Assembly (NCBI RefSeq): GCF_009914755.1
Contig: NC_060941.1
Length of the DNA: 64,000 nt
Strand: one strand, 5' to 3'
Source of the DNA: the human T2T-CHM13v2.0 reference genome, Homo sapiens
The notes below the pieces were generated by a model, which did not search any database, was not told the origin of the DNA, and saw only the letters and a program-made list of their open reading frames with translations. Within the stretch, counting starts at the first letter, position 1. Every line of letters begins with the position of its first letter. Below, piece by piece: positions 31,654 through 54,492 of the stretch. Both the position numbers and the translations under genes were made by a program.

Positions 31654-33118
31654 CTAAAAAAAAAAAAAAATTCAGTCACTTGTCCAACCTTCCACAGGTA
31701 GGGAGCAGAGCCAGGATTTCAGTGTTGGTCACGGTCTAACTGCAGGAACTGTCCCCTTAACGTAGGTGATCACCTCACCCCTTGGCCAAACACCCTGCCA
31801 CTGCCTATCTGCAAATCAGTAATTGACAATTTCTCACTCTGCCACCCAGGCTGGAGTGCAGTGTGTGATCTCGGCTCACCGCAACATCCGCCTCCTGGGT
31901 TCAAGTGATTCCCCTGCCTCAGCCTCCCGAGTAGCTGGGGTTACATGCACCCACCACCAAGCCTGGCTAATTTTTATATTTTTAGTAAAGATGGGGTTTC
32001 ACCATGTTGGCCAGGCTGGTCTCGAACTCCTGACCTCAGGTGATCCGCCCGCCTCGGCCTCCCAAACTGTTGGGATTACAGGCATGAGCCACCGCGCCCA
32101 GTCAGTAATTGACAATGTATAGACAATAGTTCCCTATATGTTAGGGACCTTGCAGAAGAGGGAAAGAAAAATTATAAAGTGCAGATGCTTCTCTTGGAAT
32201 GACTTTGGGACAAAAGAGATCACCATGTCCTTAGGAATAGAGCTCCAACTAAAGAAAGGCAGAATGCTAGAGAGGCCGCGACAGGAGAGGCAAGACCCAC
32301 ATGGAGGGAGTCAAGGAGCCGGCTATAAATGGTGAACGGTCATTGTTGGATGTGTGCCTGGGGTGGTTGTGATGTGTAGGATTACAAAAGTGCCTTGTGT
32401 GTGGGCCCCACTGAGGGATGGATACTTGAAGTAGAAAGTGGAAGAACATTACTTAATGAAGGAGAACATCACTGAGCACTGGCGGGTCCCTAGATCAAAT
32501 TTGTTCTTTTCCTTCTTTTTTTTGAGACAGGGTGTTGCTCTGTCACCCAGGCTGGAGTGCAGTGGTGTCATCACATCTCACTGCAGCCTTAAACTCCCAG
32601 GCTCAAGTGATCCACCCAGCTCAGCTTCCTGAGTAGCTGGGACCACAGGTGTGCACCACCACACCTGGCTAATTTTTAAATTCTTTGTAGAGACTAGGTC
32701 TTGCTCTGCTGCATAGGCTGCTCCCAAACTCCTGGGCTCAAGCAATCCTACCACCTCAGCCTCCCAAAGTGTTGGGATTATAGGCATGAACCACCGTTCC
32801 TAGTCCAAATTTGTTCTTGCGTGGGGTGAGAGGACTAATGCAAATGATAAGATCTGTCATTGTGGTTTCGACACTACGTGCCTCAAACCTTAGCTTCTCC
32901 CTGAATTTTCAGAAAAGAGCAAGGGATGGCCTTGGGGTCTGGTGCACGGGGAATAACCAAGGGGACCGAAGGTCTAACTCGCCAAGGTGCAGAATCCTCA
33001 CCTGGAAGATCCCTCTGCTCCTTGGTAGATGGGCTACCTGGTACTCTGTTGTGGCCACACAGCCCTAAGGCTGTTACTTGGCAGTTCAGTTCACCATAAA
33101 CCTATCATAACCCTATAG

Positions 33119-33332
<214 letters not shown>

Positions 33333-33561
33333 TAGCCAGGATGGTCTCGATCTCCTGACCTCGTGATCCACCCGCCTCGGCCTCCCAAAGTGCTGGGATT
33401 ACAGGCGTGAGCCACCGTGCCCGGCCTGTTGTTATTTTTGAGACAGGGTCTCTGTCGCCCAGGCTGGAGTCCAGTGGCAAGATCATAGCTTGCTGTAGCC
33501 TTGAACTCCTGGGCTCCAAGTGGTCCTCCAGCTTTGACCTCCCAAGCAGCCGGGACCATAG

Positions 33562-33825
<264 letters not shown>

Positions 33826-33828
33826 TGA

Positions 33829-34123
<295 letters not shown>

Positions 34124-34867
34124 TAATAGAGATGGGTTTCATTATGTTGGTCAGGCTGGTCTTGAACTCCTGACCTCAAGTGATCCACCTGCCTCGGCCT
34201 CCCAAAGTGCTGGGATTACAGGCGTGAGCCACCGCACCCGGCCTATTTTTAAGGATATGGTCTCACTGTGTTTCCCAGACTGGTCTCAAACTTCTAGGCT
34301 CAAGCAATCCTCCTGCCTCAGCCTCTCAAAGTGCTGGTATTACAGGCGTGAGTCACCATGCCCAGCCGTCCAACTTCCAATTTTTCACTGCCCCTAATTT
34401 CTTTACCCAGAAAGTACCTGGAATCCTAGACAATGGTTAGGGCTTCTATTCTGAAGACCTCACTGCAGCATTTAGCATTCTCGTGTTGGGGATGGATAGG
34501 GAGAGGGCGCACACAATCCCTGCAGCCTTCTGGGGCACGGGGCTGGCCTTACAGTAAGCACTTGAAGGCCCTTCATTCATGAACTGTTGTGCAGGGGATA
34601 AACTCTTCCTACTGACTTCCTCTTGAACCCCTGTCCCACTTCCCGTGTCTGTGTAGAGAAAGCTCACCACAGATGAATGTACTGTCTTCCTCTGCCTTCT
34701 GCTCCGGCAGCAGCTCTCCACCCTCTCCTCTATCTCAGGAACACCTGGCCTCAGAGCTCAGGGGAGGAGGTAAGCCCAATCAGTCTGAATCCTTATCTTA
34801 TTCCTTCTGGCTTCAATCTGGCTTCTCCTGGATCTTGAACCCTTCCATGTGGGTTAAAAGGCCATAG

Positions 34868-34999
<132 letters not shown>

Positions 35000-35428
35000 T
35001 AGTAGCCACCGCGCCTGGCTAATTTTGTATTTTTTTTTTTTTTTTTTTAGTAGAGACAGGCTTTCTCCATGTTGACCAGGCTGGTCTTGAACTCCCAACC
35101 TCAGGTGATCTGCCCCCCTCGGCCTCCCAAAGTGCTGGGATTATAGGTGTGAGTCACCGCGCCTGGCAAAAGGCCATAGTTCTTACCCCTCCAGCGTGAC
35201 TGTCTCTGGGCCTGGCTTGGTTTTGACAACTCACCTGGGGGGCAGAGAAAACCCAGCCAACTGGTACAACTTAAACCTTTAGGGTGAATTTAACATTGCC
35301 TTGTCTCCTGCCCGAACAGATACCTCTACAGAGCAAACATTTTGTGAGATAAGCCCATAGATGAGATTTGATACTCTTCCATTAAAGACTGGGGAATATT
35401 TGGAACTCAAATCTCAGCGGGGCCTTGA

Positions 35429-35659
<231 letters not shown>

Positions 35660-36146
35660 TAGCTAATTTTTGTATTTTTAGTAGAGATGGGGTTTCACCA
35701 TGTTGGCCAGGCTGGTCTCAAACTCCTGACCTCAGGTGATTCACCCGCCTCAGCCTCCCAAAGTGTTAGCATTACAGGTGTGAGCCACCACGCCCAGCCA
35801 ATCATCGTATTCATTTTTGAAAGTATTTATGGAAGGCCCACTGTATAGAATGCATTTTGTTATGTATTTGGATGACACAAAGGCATATAATATACATAAG
35901 TAAAATCTTACAAGGCCTGGCCCTGTCCTTCCTCTCCTACCTCCTTTCTAGCACTCTCGGCCTCCCAACAAATTGCTTATGGTTCTCTGCAGACCCCACA
36001 CTGTGTCCTACCTTTGTGCCTTTCCTCTTCCTGGAAGATCCTCCACACCTCACAGCCCCCCTCTACTGGCTGGCTTCCACTCAACAGTGAGTCTCAGCTT
36101 AGCTGCTGTAGCCTCAGGAGGCCTTGACTCTCTCAGACTGGGTTAA

Positions 36147-36550
<404 letters not shown>

Positions 36551-37512
36551 TAGTGCAGTGGTGTGATCACAGCTCACTGCAGCCTTGATCCCCAGGGCTC
36601 AAGCAATCCTCCCACCTCAGCCTCTTCAGTAGCTGGGGCTACAGGTACATGCCACTACACCTGGCGATTTTTTTAGAATTTTTATTTTTTGGTAGAGACA
36701 GGGTCTCACTATGTGGTCCAGGCTGGTCTTAAACTCCTGAGATGAAGCAACACTCCTGCCTTGGCCTCCCAAACTGCTGGGATTACAGGTGTGAGCCACT
36801 GCGCCCAGCCCCCCTTTCTTTTTAAGCTTACCTTATCACCACACTTACCATGTGATCATGAAATTATAGACTTTGTGCTTGTCATGTCGTGCCTTGACCC
36901 TGGACTCCTTGCCTTTAGGGATTGAACCTTATTCACCCTTTTAGTGAGACCCAGATTCTCCTCTAATAGGGACTGCAGCCTAGTAGGAGAGAGAAGGCAG
37001 CATGATCTCCTAACATGACTCCATCAGGGTGGGCGTGATAGATGCCAGAAGAGCAGTACAAATGAGGAAACTGAGGCTGTGGCTTGCCTGAAGTCACCTT
37101 CAGCTTCTTGGCAGGTGGCCAGAGCTGGAAGTCTACCTCCAGTTGGACACAGGAGCCTGGGAAGGAATTCGAAAGCAACCCAACCTTTCACCTCAGAGCT
37201 GAAGTCCTTGAGCCTCGGGGCAGTTGTGACTAAGATCAGGAGCCCACAGCCTAAACGGGGGAATGTTCTGGGTGACGAGGCAGTGAGGAGTAGTGAAAGG
37301 AGCCTGAGACTGGGCACCAGGAGACCTGGGTCTTGGTTCATGCTCTGTTCCACCTGACCTCTCACCTTCAATTCACTTTAGTCCGTGATGAGAACCCTTG
37401 GGTCAAATGGGCCTCCCCAAGATGTCACATCTTTTTCTGAGCGTAAGGTGACTTATGTCCTTCCCCAAGCATCTCCTGGCCAATAAACTGCCCTTCCTTA
37501 AGATCCAGCTCA

Positions 37513-37785
<273 letters not shown>

Positions 37786-38076
37786 TCAAGAGGCTGAGGC
37801 AGGAGAATCTTTTGAACCTGGAAGGCGGAGGTTGCCGTGAGCCGAGGTAGTGCCTCTACACTCCTGCCTGGGTGACAGAGCAAGATGCCGTCTCAAAAAA
37901 AAAAGAAAAGAAAAAATTTATGTTCCCTTCTTAGGAAGCTGAATCTTGTCCTGCTTTACTGTTTACTTATGTGCTTATCTTGTTTTCCCCTAGTAATTTA
38001 CCCCCATTACATTTTCCCCTCAAGAGCAAAGGCCGTATTGGTTTATGTAGCTTCCTTATTACCTAATTTATGGTAG

Positions 38077-38328
<252 letters not shown>

Positions 38329-38336
38329 TGACCTCA

Positions 38337-38507
<171 letters not shown>

Positions 38508-38728
38508 TTAAGCTTTCTGTGCTGAAATGTCCCCAACAGTAATAGGGACATAATGATGCCAACTTCATGAGGTTGTGCTGAGGCATCGATGGGCACCTGG
38601 CCCCATGCCTGGCACATGGTAAGCACTGTCAGTGTTAGCTCCTAGGCCCTTCCTCCTTCAAAATGTGTCAGAGCTGGCAGCTCACACCTGTAATCCCAGC
38701 ACTTTGGGAGGCTTAAGCGGGTGGATCA

Positions 38729-38983
<255 letters not shown>

Positions 38984-39224
38984 CTACTGAAACACTGTGG
39001 GGGAATGAGACATTTCCCCTGCCCAAGGGGCTTCTTCCTCGACCTCCAAATCTGCTCTGACCGATCTACTGATAAGTGGTGAAACCCTCCCAGGGAGCTT
39101 TTCTTGTCCTAGATATTTGTGTGGATTACTTGGTTTGGGTCTGCAGTTTAGAGTGTAGATTGGCCAGGCGCGGTGGCTCACACCTGTAATGCCAGCACTT
39201 TGGGAGGCCGAGGCGGGTGGATCA

Positions 39225-39787
<563 letters not shown>

Positions 39788-39798
39788 TAATTGATGTG

Positions 39799-39800
<2 letters not shown>

Positions 39801-39838
<38 letters not shown>
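39801..39838. repeat. (GT)19 microsatellite
   Basis: Read directly. Confidence 0.97.
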
Positions 39839-39841
<3 letters not shown>

Positions 39842-40305
39842 ACAAGAAGGAATGCCTTTAGATAGCTTCCTGATTTTCAGAGAACCCTCAGATGTTTTCA
39901 TATTGGTAGAGTTAATTAGAGCTAGAATAGTAATGCCACTGGGGTTAATAACTATTCGGTCCAGGAGTGAAGTCAGCATCTTAGGATCAATGTGGTTTAC
40001 GACTTCCTGGAACAAAGACAGTTTTCCACAACAAACCCTCAAACAGATGTAGGTTCTAGTAATAAACATGATCAGACTCAAGGTTTCAAGGTTGCAAAGT
40101 GACAATTCTCACAATTATGAAAATGACCTTTCTAGGAAGAAGGAAAAGCTCCTTGCCCCTTATAGAAAACCAAAACAAACTGAAACCCAGTTTTAGCGGG
40201 CCAAGATACAGAATAAGTCAAGATTTAACTTAAATTTTATGGCCACTGGTATGTAAAAATTTCCCCACCTTATTTCTTGTCCTTCTGAAAAACAAAGGCT
40301 AATGA

Positions 40306-41021
<716 letters not shown>

Positions 41022-41367
41022 TAAATGTTTTTAATTCCACAGGGTGAGGTGGATTTTCTTAGGATGAAAGAGACTGAGGTGCTGAAGTGGGAGGTGGAGA
41101 AATAACACAAATAGTGGAGTGAAAGCTGGGCTACAACCCAGTGGAGGGAAAACAAACATGTTCCACATGGATTTCCACCAGGCATGGTGGCTCATGCTGT
41201 AATCCAAGAACTTTGGGAGGCCGAGGAGGGAGGATTGCTTTGAGCCCAGGAGTTCGAGGCCAGCCTGGGCAACATGGCAAAACCCCATCTCTACAGAAAA
41301 AAAATGCCAGGAGCGGTGGCTCACACCTGTAATCCCAGCACTTTGGGAGGCTGACGTGGGCAGATCA

Positions 41368-41652
<285 letters not shown>

Positions 41653-43105
41653 TCAGGAGGCTGAAGCAGGAGAATCGCTTGAGCCCAGAGGTGGAGGTTG
41701 CGGTGAGCTGAGTTCACACCACAGCACCCCAGCCTGGAGCCTAGGAGTTTGAGGCCTCAGTGAGCCCAGATCGCACCACTGCACTCCAGTCTGAGCAACA
41801 TCCTGTCAAAAAAAAAAAAAAGAAAAGAAAAAAGAAGTAAACATGTTTCTTTGATTTCAATTGTCTATTAACCACAATGAAAGCCTGAAGCTCAAAGCAG
41901 CTATTCTTTTGCCTGTTTTTGCTCCCCTACACCACTAATAATTTCTGTTATAGAAACTTTGACTATTTTAAGGCTCCCGGTTGTAGCTGTGCTTCTTTTC
42001 ACAGAGCCTACATCTGGCACCAGACAGAGGCCTGCAGGGAAAGTGAGCCTTCTCAAGCCCTGCATTCTTTCAAAGAGGGGACAAACTACAGACACTCATT
42101 TTGGGTGTCTTCCCAGGCACGGGTGCTGAAATTATCCTCTGTTCTGGTGTGGGGCAAGGGTGGGATTGGAGGAAGCTGCCTGGGCAAGCGAGGTCCTCCT
42201 CACGCTGTTGCTTGTCACCTTTCAAGGGCATTTATTTTGCTTCTGGTCTGATAAACAAATAATAAGATTTTCCGTGGAGGACTGGACAATCAGAGGAACT
42301 TCAAGAGGAGGGGCATATTCCTGCCTTTGGGACACGAGGAAGGAAAGGAGAAAGGAAAAGATAGACTTAGAAAGCTTCACTGCAGGCCAGATGCGGTGGC
42401 TCAAACCTGTAATTCCAGCACTTTGGGAGGCCGAGGCAGGTGGATCACCTGAAGTCAGGAGTTCGAGACCAGTGAAAACCCGTCTCTACTAAAAATACAA
42501 AAATTAGCCGGGTGTGGTGGCAGGCATCTGTAATCCCAGCTATTCAGGAGGCTGAGGCATGGAATCACTTGAACCTGGGAGGCGGAGGTTGCACTGAGCC
42601 GAGATCTTGCCATTGCACTCCAGCCTGGGCGACAAGAGCAAAACATCGTCTCAAAAAAAAACAAAAAAACAAAAACAAAAACAAAAAAAACCACAGCTTC
42701 GCTGTGCATCCTTGAGCTGCTTTTCTATTTCAGTTGAATGCATATTGCAGTTTATCATGATCACATGCAAGCTCTGCCCTACAGCTGGGCGGTGAGTTCA
42801 GAGCGATTACCATGGAGACTGAGAGAAGATTGCGTATCATCCCCCCAAACAGCATTCCAGCGTGGGAACGCCAAATCCAGATGTGAAGAACACAAACAAA
42901 CAGTATGCAAAAGTTCAGAAGTTAGACTGTTTTTGAGATTGTGCCATTGGACTACTGAAAAGAGACATAAAGATGCAATTCCAACATATTGTATGATCCT
43001 GTTTATATGAAATATATAGAATAGACAAACCTCTAGAAATAGTCTCACCTGTCCAGGCTCAGCTCAGAGTGCCACTCCAGTAAGCACAGACAAGTTAATA
43101 AGTCA

Positions 43106-43401
<296 letters not shown>

Positions 43402-43630
43402 TCAAAAAAAAAAAAAAAAAAAGGAAAGAAAGAAAATAAAAGATACAGGTTAGAGACATATCCTATCACTGTGACATTGATAAAGATCATATTGTAAAAT
43501 GGTGAGGGGGGTGGTATGAAATATTTCATGGGAAATACACATGGCCAATAGACATGTGGAAAAGATGCTCTCCCTGACTGTATATATCAAAGAAAGGCAA
43601 ATTAAGACATCAGTAGGATACCATTTCTCA

Positions 43631-43956
<326 letters not shown>

Positions 43957-44106
43957 TCAGATAATTTGATTGGTTGGAATTCAGTGAAAGAATCTCAAAC
44001 CCTGCTGCTATAAATTGGTAGATGAAGGAGGAATTCAGTTACCAGAAGAGGAACAGAGGCACTGGGTAGGTAAAAGCAACAAGGGCTCATTACAAAGCTT
44101 TTCTTA

Positions 44107-44589
<483 letters not shown>

Positions 44590-44591
44590 TC

Positions 44592-44622
<31 letters not shown>

Positions 44623-44848
44623 TGAAAGACAAAATAACACCTATAAGCCAAGTGAATAAAGTGCAACAGGACTACAGATTTTTTTTTTTTTTTTTTTTTT
44701 TGAGACTGAGTCTCGCTCTTGTTGCCCAGGTTGGAGTACGGTGGCGTGATCATTAGTCAACACAGCCTCGACCTCCCAGGCTCAGGCAATCCTCCCACCT
44801 CAGCCTCCCAAGTAGCTGGGACTACAGGCGTTGCACTACCATATCTAG

Positions 44849-45149
<301 letters not shown>

Positions 45150-45698
45150 TAATTTTTGTAGAGACAGGGTTTTGCCATGTTGCACAGACTGATCTGGAAC
45201 TCCTGGCTCAAGTGATCCTCCTGCCATGACCTCCCAAAGTGCTGGTCAGATCTCAGCTTGGACACTACACCAAGCCACGAGGAGGTCTCCGGATTTTTGT
45301 GCCTCATTTTGGGCAACTGCTAAATGAGGGGCTTGGACTGGCTGATTTTTAAGTTTCTTGTGGCATTAATATTTTATAACTCTATAATAACAGCTTCTCT
45401 ACAGCTTTGAAAGGTTTGGAACAGAGGAAGAATACCTGACATTTATTTGTTGCCAGGAGCTAGGACAAACTGATACTCAGCGGAAGGAGTCCTGAGAATA
45501 AAGAAGTGCAGAAAATGGCTGGTGTCAGTCCACAGATGACCAGACTCGTTCACTGGGACATGTAAGACATCCTTTAGGGGTTTGCACAAATAGCTGGTGA
45601 GTACTTTGTCTGGATTTGTGGGTCTACACTGATGGGTGGGGCCAAGAGCCAGAGACACAGAAGCTATGTTTTTGTTTGTTTGTTTGTTTGTTTTTTGA

Positions 45699-45857
<159 letters not shown>

Positions 45858-46245
45858 TAGTAGAGACGAGGTTTCTCCATTTTTGGTCAGGCTGGTCTGG
45901 AACTCCCAACCTCAGGTGATCTGCCTGCCTTGGCCTCCCAAAGTGCTGGGATTACAGGCGTGAGCCACCACACCCAGCAGAAGTTATGTTAATATGCCTG
46001 AAACCTAATATGCCCTGCCCAACCCAACTTTCTCACCTGCCAGTAGTACCCTGACTTTCCAGTCATCCCGGCTCAAACCGTGTCCTTTTTGACTCCTTGC
46101 TTCTTTTATTTGATTATAGTTACAGCCAGCAAGTCCTAACAGCTTGTTCATTCAACAGATATTCTGGAGCTCCCATTTGCTCAGCCCACACTGATTTCTT
46201 TCCTCTTACAGCATTTGCATTTGGTACACTCGGCTTGGCACCTGA

Positions 46246-46635
<390 letters not shown>

Positions 46636-48231
46636 TAACTCCTCTTAGGCAAGGGTAACATCTCACACCTCTTTGTATCTTTCCCAGGACCTACTTCACA
46701 GTCCTGTGTTCCACTGTAGGCCCTCATTCTCTATATTTGTATGTACCTAGATAGTGTGGGTCTAGGCTCTGGGGACAGAGCAGTGAAAAAAAAAACCTAA
46801 CAATAATCCCTGCCCTCGTGAATTATACAATCAGAGGAGAAAACAAAACAATAATTTAAAAAGTAAATAAAATATGTAGTACGGGCCGGGCGTGGTGGCT
46901 TATGTCTTAATCCCAGCACTTTGGGAAGCTGAGGCAGGTGGATCACCTGAGGTCAGGAGTTCGAAACCAGCGTGGCCAACATGGCAAAACTCTGTCTCTA
47001 CTAAAAATACAAAAATTAGCTGGATGTGGTGGCACATACCTGTATTCCCAGCTACTTGAGAGGCTGAGGCAGAAGAATCGCTTGAATCCAGGAGGTGGAG
47101 GATGCAGGAGCAGCCACTCCAGTGCGGGTGACAGAGCGAGACTCCGTCTCAAACAAAAACAACAAAAACAAAAACAAAACAAAACAAAGACAACTGTTTA
47201 GAAAATATAAAGTGAGAAAGGGGGCTATAAAGTGTGTGACTGGAGGGAGGTAGGACACTGAACTATTAGATAGGATGGCAGACTTTTGGGTAGAGTATAA
47301 AAGAGGTGAAAGAGACATAAGGGCTCTGGAGGAAGAGCATTCTAGGAAGAGAGAATAGGATATGCAAAGGCCCTGAGGAAGGAATACGTCTCATACCATC
47401 CCCAGACAGCAAGAACATGGAGGCTGTTTGTTGCATTTCCCGTCCTGCATTACAATAAAAAAAAAAAAAAAAAAAAAAGGCAGGCCTCTAGCAGCTCGAA
47501 ATAGCCATAACTCATCATCATCACTCATGATAAGAACTCAGCATTTGGCTGGGTGTGGTGGCTCACGCCTGTAATCCCAGCACTTTGGGAGGCCGAGGCG
47601 GGCAGATCACCTGAGGTCGGGAGTTCGAGAACAGCTTGACCAACATGAAGAAACCCCGTCTCTACTAAAAATACAAAATTAGCCGGGCATGGTGGTGCAT
47701 GCCTGTAATCCCAGCTACTCAGGAGGCTGAGGCAGGAGAATTGCTTGAACCCCCGGGAAGTGGAGGTTGCGGTGAGCCAAGATCGCGCCACTGCACTCCA
47801 GCCTGGGCAACAAGAGCGAAACTCCACCTCAAAAAAAAAAAAAAAAAAAACCATAGATTTTTAAGGCCTCGGCACTGCCATACTATGACATGGGCCTACC
47901 CTGGGTGGTCATTGTCCCATCTTGCACAGCCCCCAACCTCTTCTCTGGAGGACAACGACAGCACAAGAAAGCGCTCTGAAGATGAGCCGCATCACCACTC
48001 TTCCAGCTCACCATCGATTTGGAAGCCTAGAGAGGATCGGCCTTTCTAGGACAATAGACGGTTCCTTCTCCTCACCTAGAGTGGCCCTAAGAGGACGAGG
48101 GCGCCTCCCTGGTCCTCCAGGGGAGTGTGCATCCCCAGGTGCACAGGGAAACGAGCTCTCATCCTACCACCCTTGGGCTTTTACAGATGCTTTTCTCCCC
48201 TTCACTTTCTTTTTCATTTCTTTTCTTTTCC

Positions 48232-50643
48232 TTTTTTTTTTTTTTTTTTTTAATTTATTTTTTTATTGATAATTCTTGGGTGTTTCTCACAGAGGGGGAT
48301 TTGGCAGGGTCATGGGACAATAGTGGAGGGAAGGTCAGCAGATAAACAAGTGAACAAAGGTCTCTGGTTTTCCTAGGCAGAGGACCCTGCGGCCTTCCGC
48401 AGTGTTTGTGTCCCTGATTACTTGAGATTAGGGATTGGTGATGACTCTTAACGAGCACCCTGCCTTCAAGCATCTGTTTAACAAAGCACATCTTGCACCG
48501 CCCTTAATCCATTTAACCCTGAGTGGACACAGCACATGTTTCAGAGAGCACAGGGTTGGGGGTAAGGTCACAGATCAACAGGATCCCAAGGCAGAGGAAT
48601 TTTTCTTAGTGCAGAACAAAATGAAAAGTCTCCCATGTCTACTTCTTTCTACACAGACACGGCAACCATCCGATTTCTCAATCTTTTCCCCACCTTTCCT
48701 GCCTTTCTATTCCACAAAGCCGCCATTGTCATCCTGGCCCGTTCTCAATGAGCTGTTGGGCACACCTCCCAGACGGGGTGGTGGCCGGGCAGAGGGGCTC
48801 CTCACTTCCCAGTAGGGGCGGCCGGGCAGAGGCGCCCCTCACCTCCCGGACGGGGCGGCTGGCCGGGCGGGGGGGCTGACCCCCCCCCACCTCCCTCCCG
48901 GACGGGGCGGCTGGCCGGGCGGGGGGCCGACACCCCCACCTCCCTCCCGGACGGGGCGGCTGGCCGGGCAGAGGGGCTCCTCACTTCCCAGTAGGGGCGG
49001 CCGAGCAGAGGCGCCCCTCACCTCCCGGACGGGGCGGCTGGCCGGGCGGGGGGGCTGACCCCCCCCACCTCCCTCCCGGACGGGGCGGCTGGCCGGGCGG
49101 GGGGCCGACACCCCCACCTCCCTCCCGGACGGGGCGGCTGGCCGGGCAGAGGGGCTCCTCACTTCCCAGTAGGGGCGGCCGGGCAGAGGCGCCCCTCACC
49201 TCCCGGACGGGGCGGCTGGCCGGGCGGGGGGGCTGACCCCCCCCACCTCCCTCCCGGACGGGGCGGCTGGCCGGGCAGAGGGGCTCCTCACTTCCCAGTA
49301 GGGGCGGCCGGGCAGAGGCGCCCCTCACCTCCCGGACGGGGCGGCTGGCTGGGCGGAGGGCTGACCCCCCCACCTCCCTCCCGGACGGGGCGGCTGGCCA
49401 GGCGGGGGGCTTACCCCCCCACCTCCCTCCCGGACGGGGCGGCTGGCCGGGTGGGGGGGCTGACCCCCCCCATCTCCCTCCCGGACGGGGTGGCTGGCCG
49501 GGCTGAGGGGCTCCTCACTTCCCAGTAGGGGTGGCCGGGCAGAGGCACCCCTCACCTCCCGGACGGGGCGGCTGGCCGGGCGGGGGGCTGACCCCCCCAC
49601 CTCCCTCCCGGACGGCACGGCTGGCCAGGTGGGGGGCTGACCCCCCCACCTCCCTCCCGGATGGCATGGCTGGCCGGTCGGGGGGGCTGACCCCCCACCT
49701 CCCTCCCAGATGGGGCGGCTGGCCGGGCGGGGGGTTGACCCCCCCCACCTCCCTCCCGGACGGGGTGGCTGCCGGGCGGAGATGCTCCTCACTTCCCAGA
49801 TGGGGTGGCTGCCGGGCGGAGAGGCTCCTCACTTCTCAGACGGGGCAGCTGCCGGGCGGAGGGGCTCCTCACTTCTCAGACGGGGTGGTTGCCAGGCAGA
49901 GGGTCTCCTCACTTCTCAGACGGGGCGGCCGGGCAGAGACGCTCCTCACCTCCCAGACGGGGTCTCGGCCGGGCAGAGGCACTCCTCACATCCCAGATGG
50001 GGCGGCGGGGCAGAGGCGCTCCCCACATCTCAGACGATGGGCGGCCGGGCAGAGACGCTCCTCACTTCCTAGATGTGATGGCGGCTGGGAAGAGGCGCTC
50101 CTCACTTCCTAGATGGGATGGCGGCCGGGCGGAGACGCTCCTCACTTTCCAGACTGGGCAGCCAGGCAGAGGGGCTCCTCACATCCCAGACGATGGGCGG
50201 CCAGGCAGAGACGCTCCTCACTTCCCAGACGGGGTGGCGGCCGGGCAGAGGCTGCAATCTCGGCACTTTGGGAGGCCAAGGCAGGCGGCTGGGAGGTGTA
50301 GGTTGTAGTGAGCCGAGATCACGCCACTGCACTCCAGCCTGGGCACCATTGAGCACTGAGTGAACGAGACTCCGTCTGCAATCCCGGCACCTCGGGAGGC
50401 TGAGGTTGGCGGGATCACTCGCGGTTAGGGGCTGGAGACCTGCCCGGCCAACACAGCGAAACCCCGTCTCCACCAAAACCAGTCAGGCATGGCGGCGCGT
50501 GCCTGCAATGGCAGGCACTGGGCAGGCTGAGGCAGGAGAATCAGGCAGGGAGGTTGCAATGAGCCGAGATGGCAGCAGTACAGTCCAGCTTCGGCTCCGC
50601 ATGAGAGGGAGACCGTGGGGAGAGGGAGACAGAGGGAGAGGGC
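48232..50643 (-). mobile_element. Full-length SVA retrotransposon (SVA_F-like)
   Basis: On +: poly-T (48232-), SINE-R/HERV-K LTR part (to ~48765), GC-rich VNTR (~48770-50250), Alu-like region (~50250-50610), short degenerate CCCTCT hexamer head (50618-50642); the subfamily call rests on remembered diagnostics. Confidence 0.95.
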
Positions 50644-54433
<3,790 letters not shown>

Positions 54434-54492
54434 TCTTTACCAGTGAGCTAGGTGAAAACGTGACATACGTGGCAAAGAAAATTAACACCATA

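Noticed and set aside
48770-50250. Repeat array superficially resembling CRISPR
   Set aside because: Tandem SVA VNTR units with no unique spacers, in human DNA.
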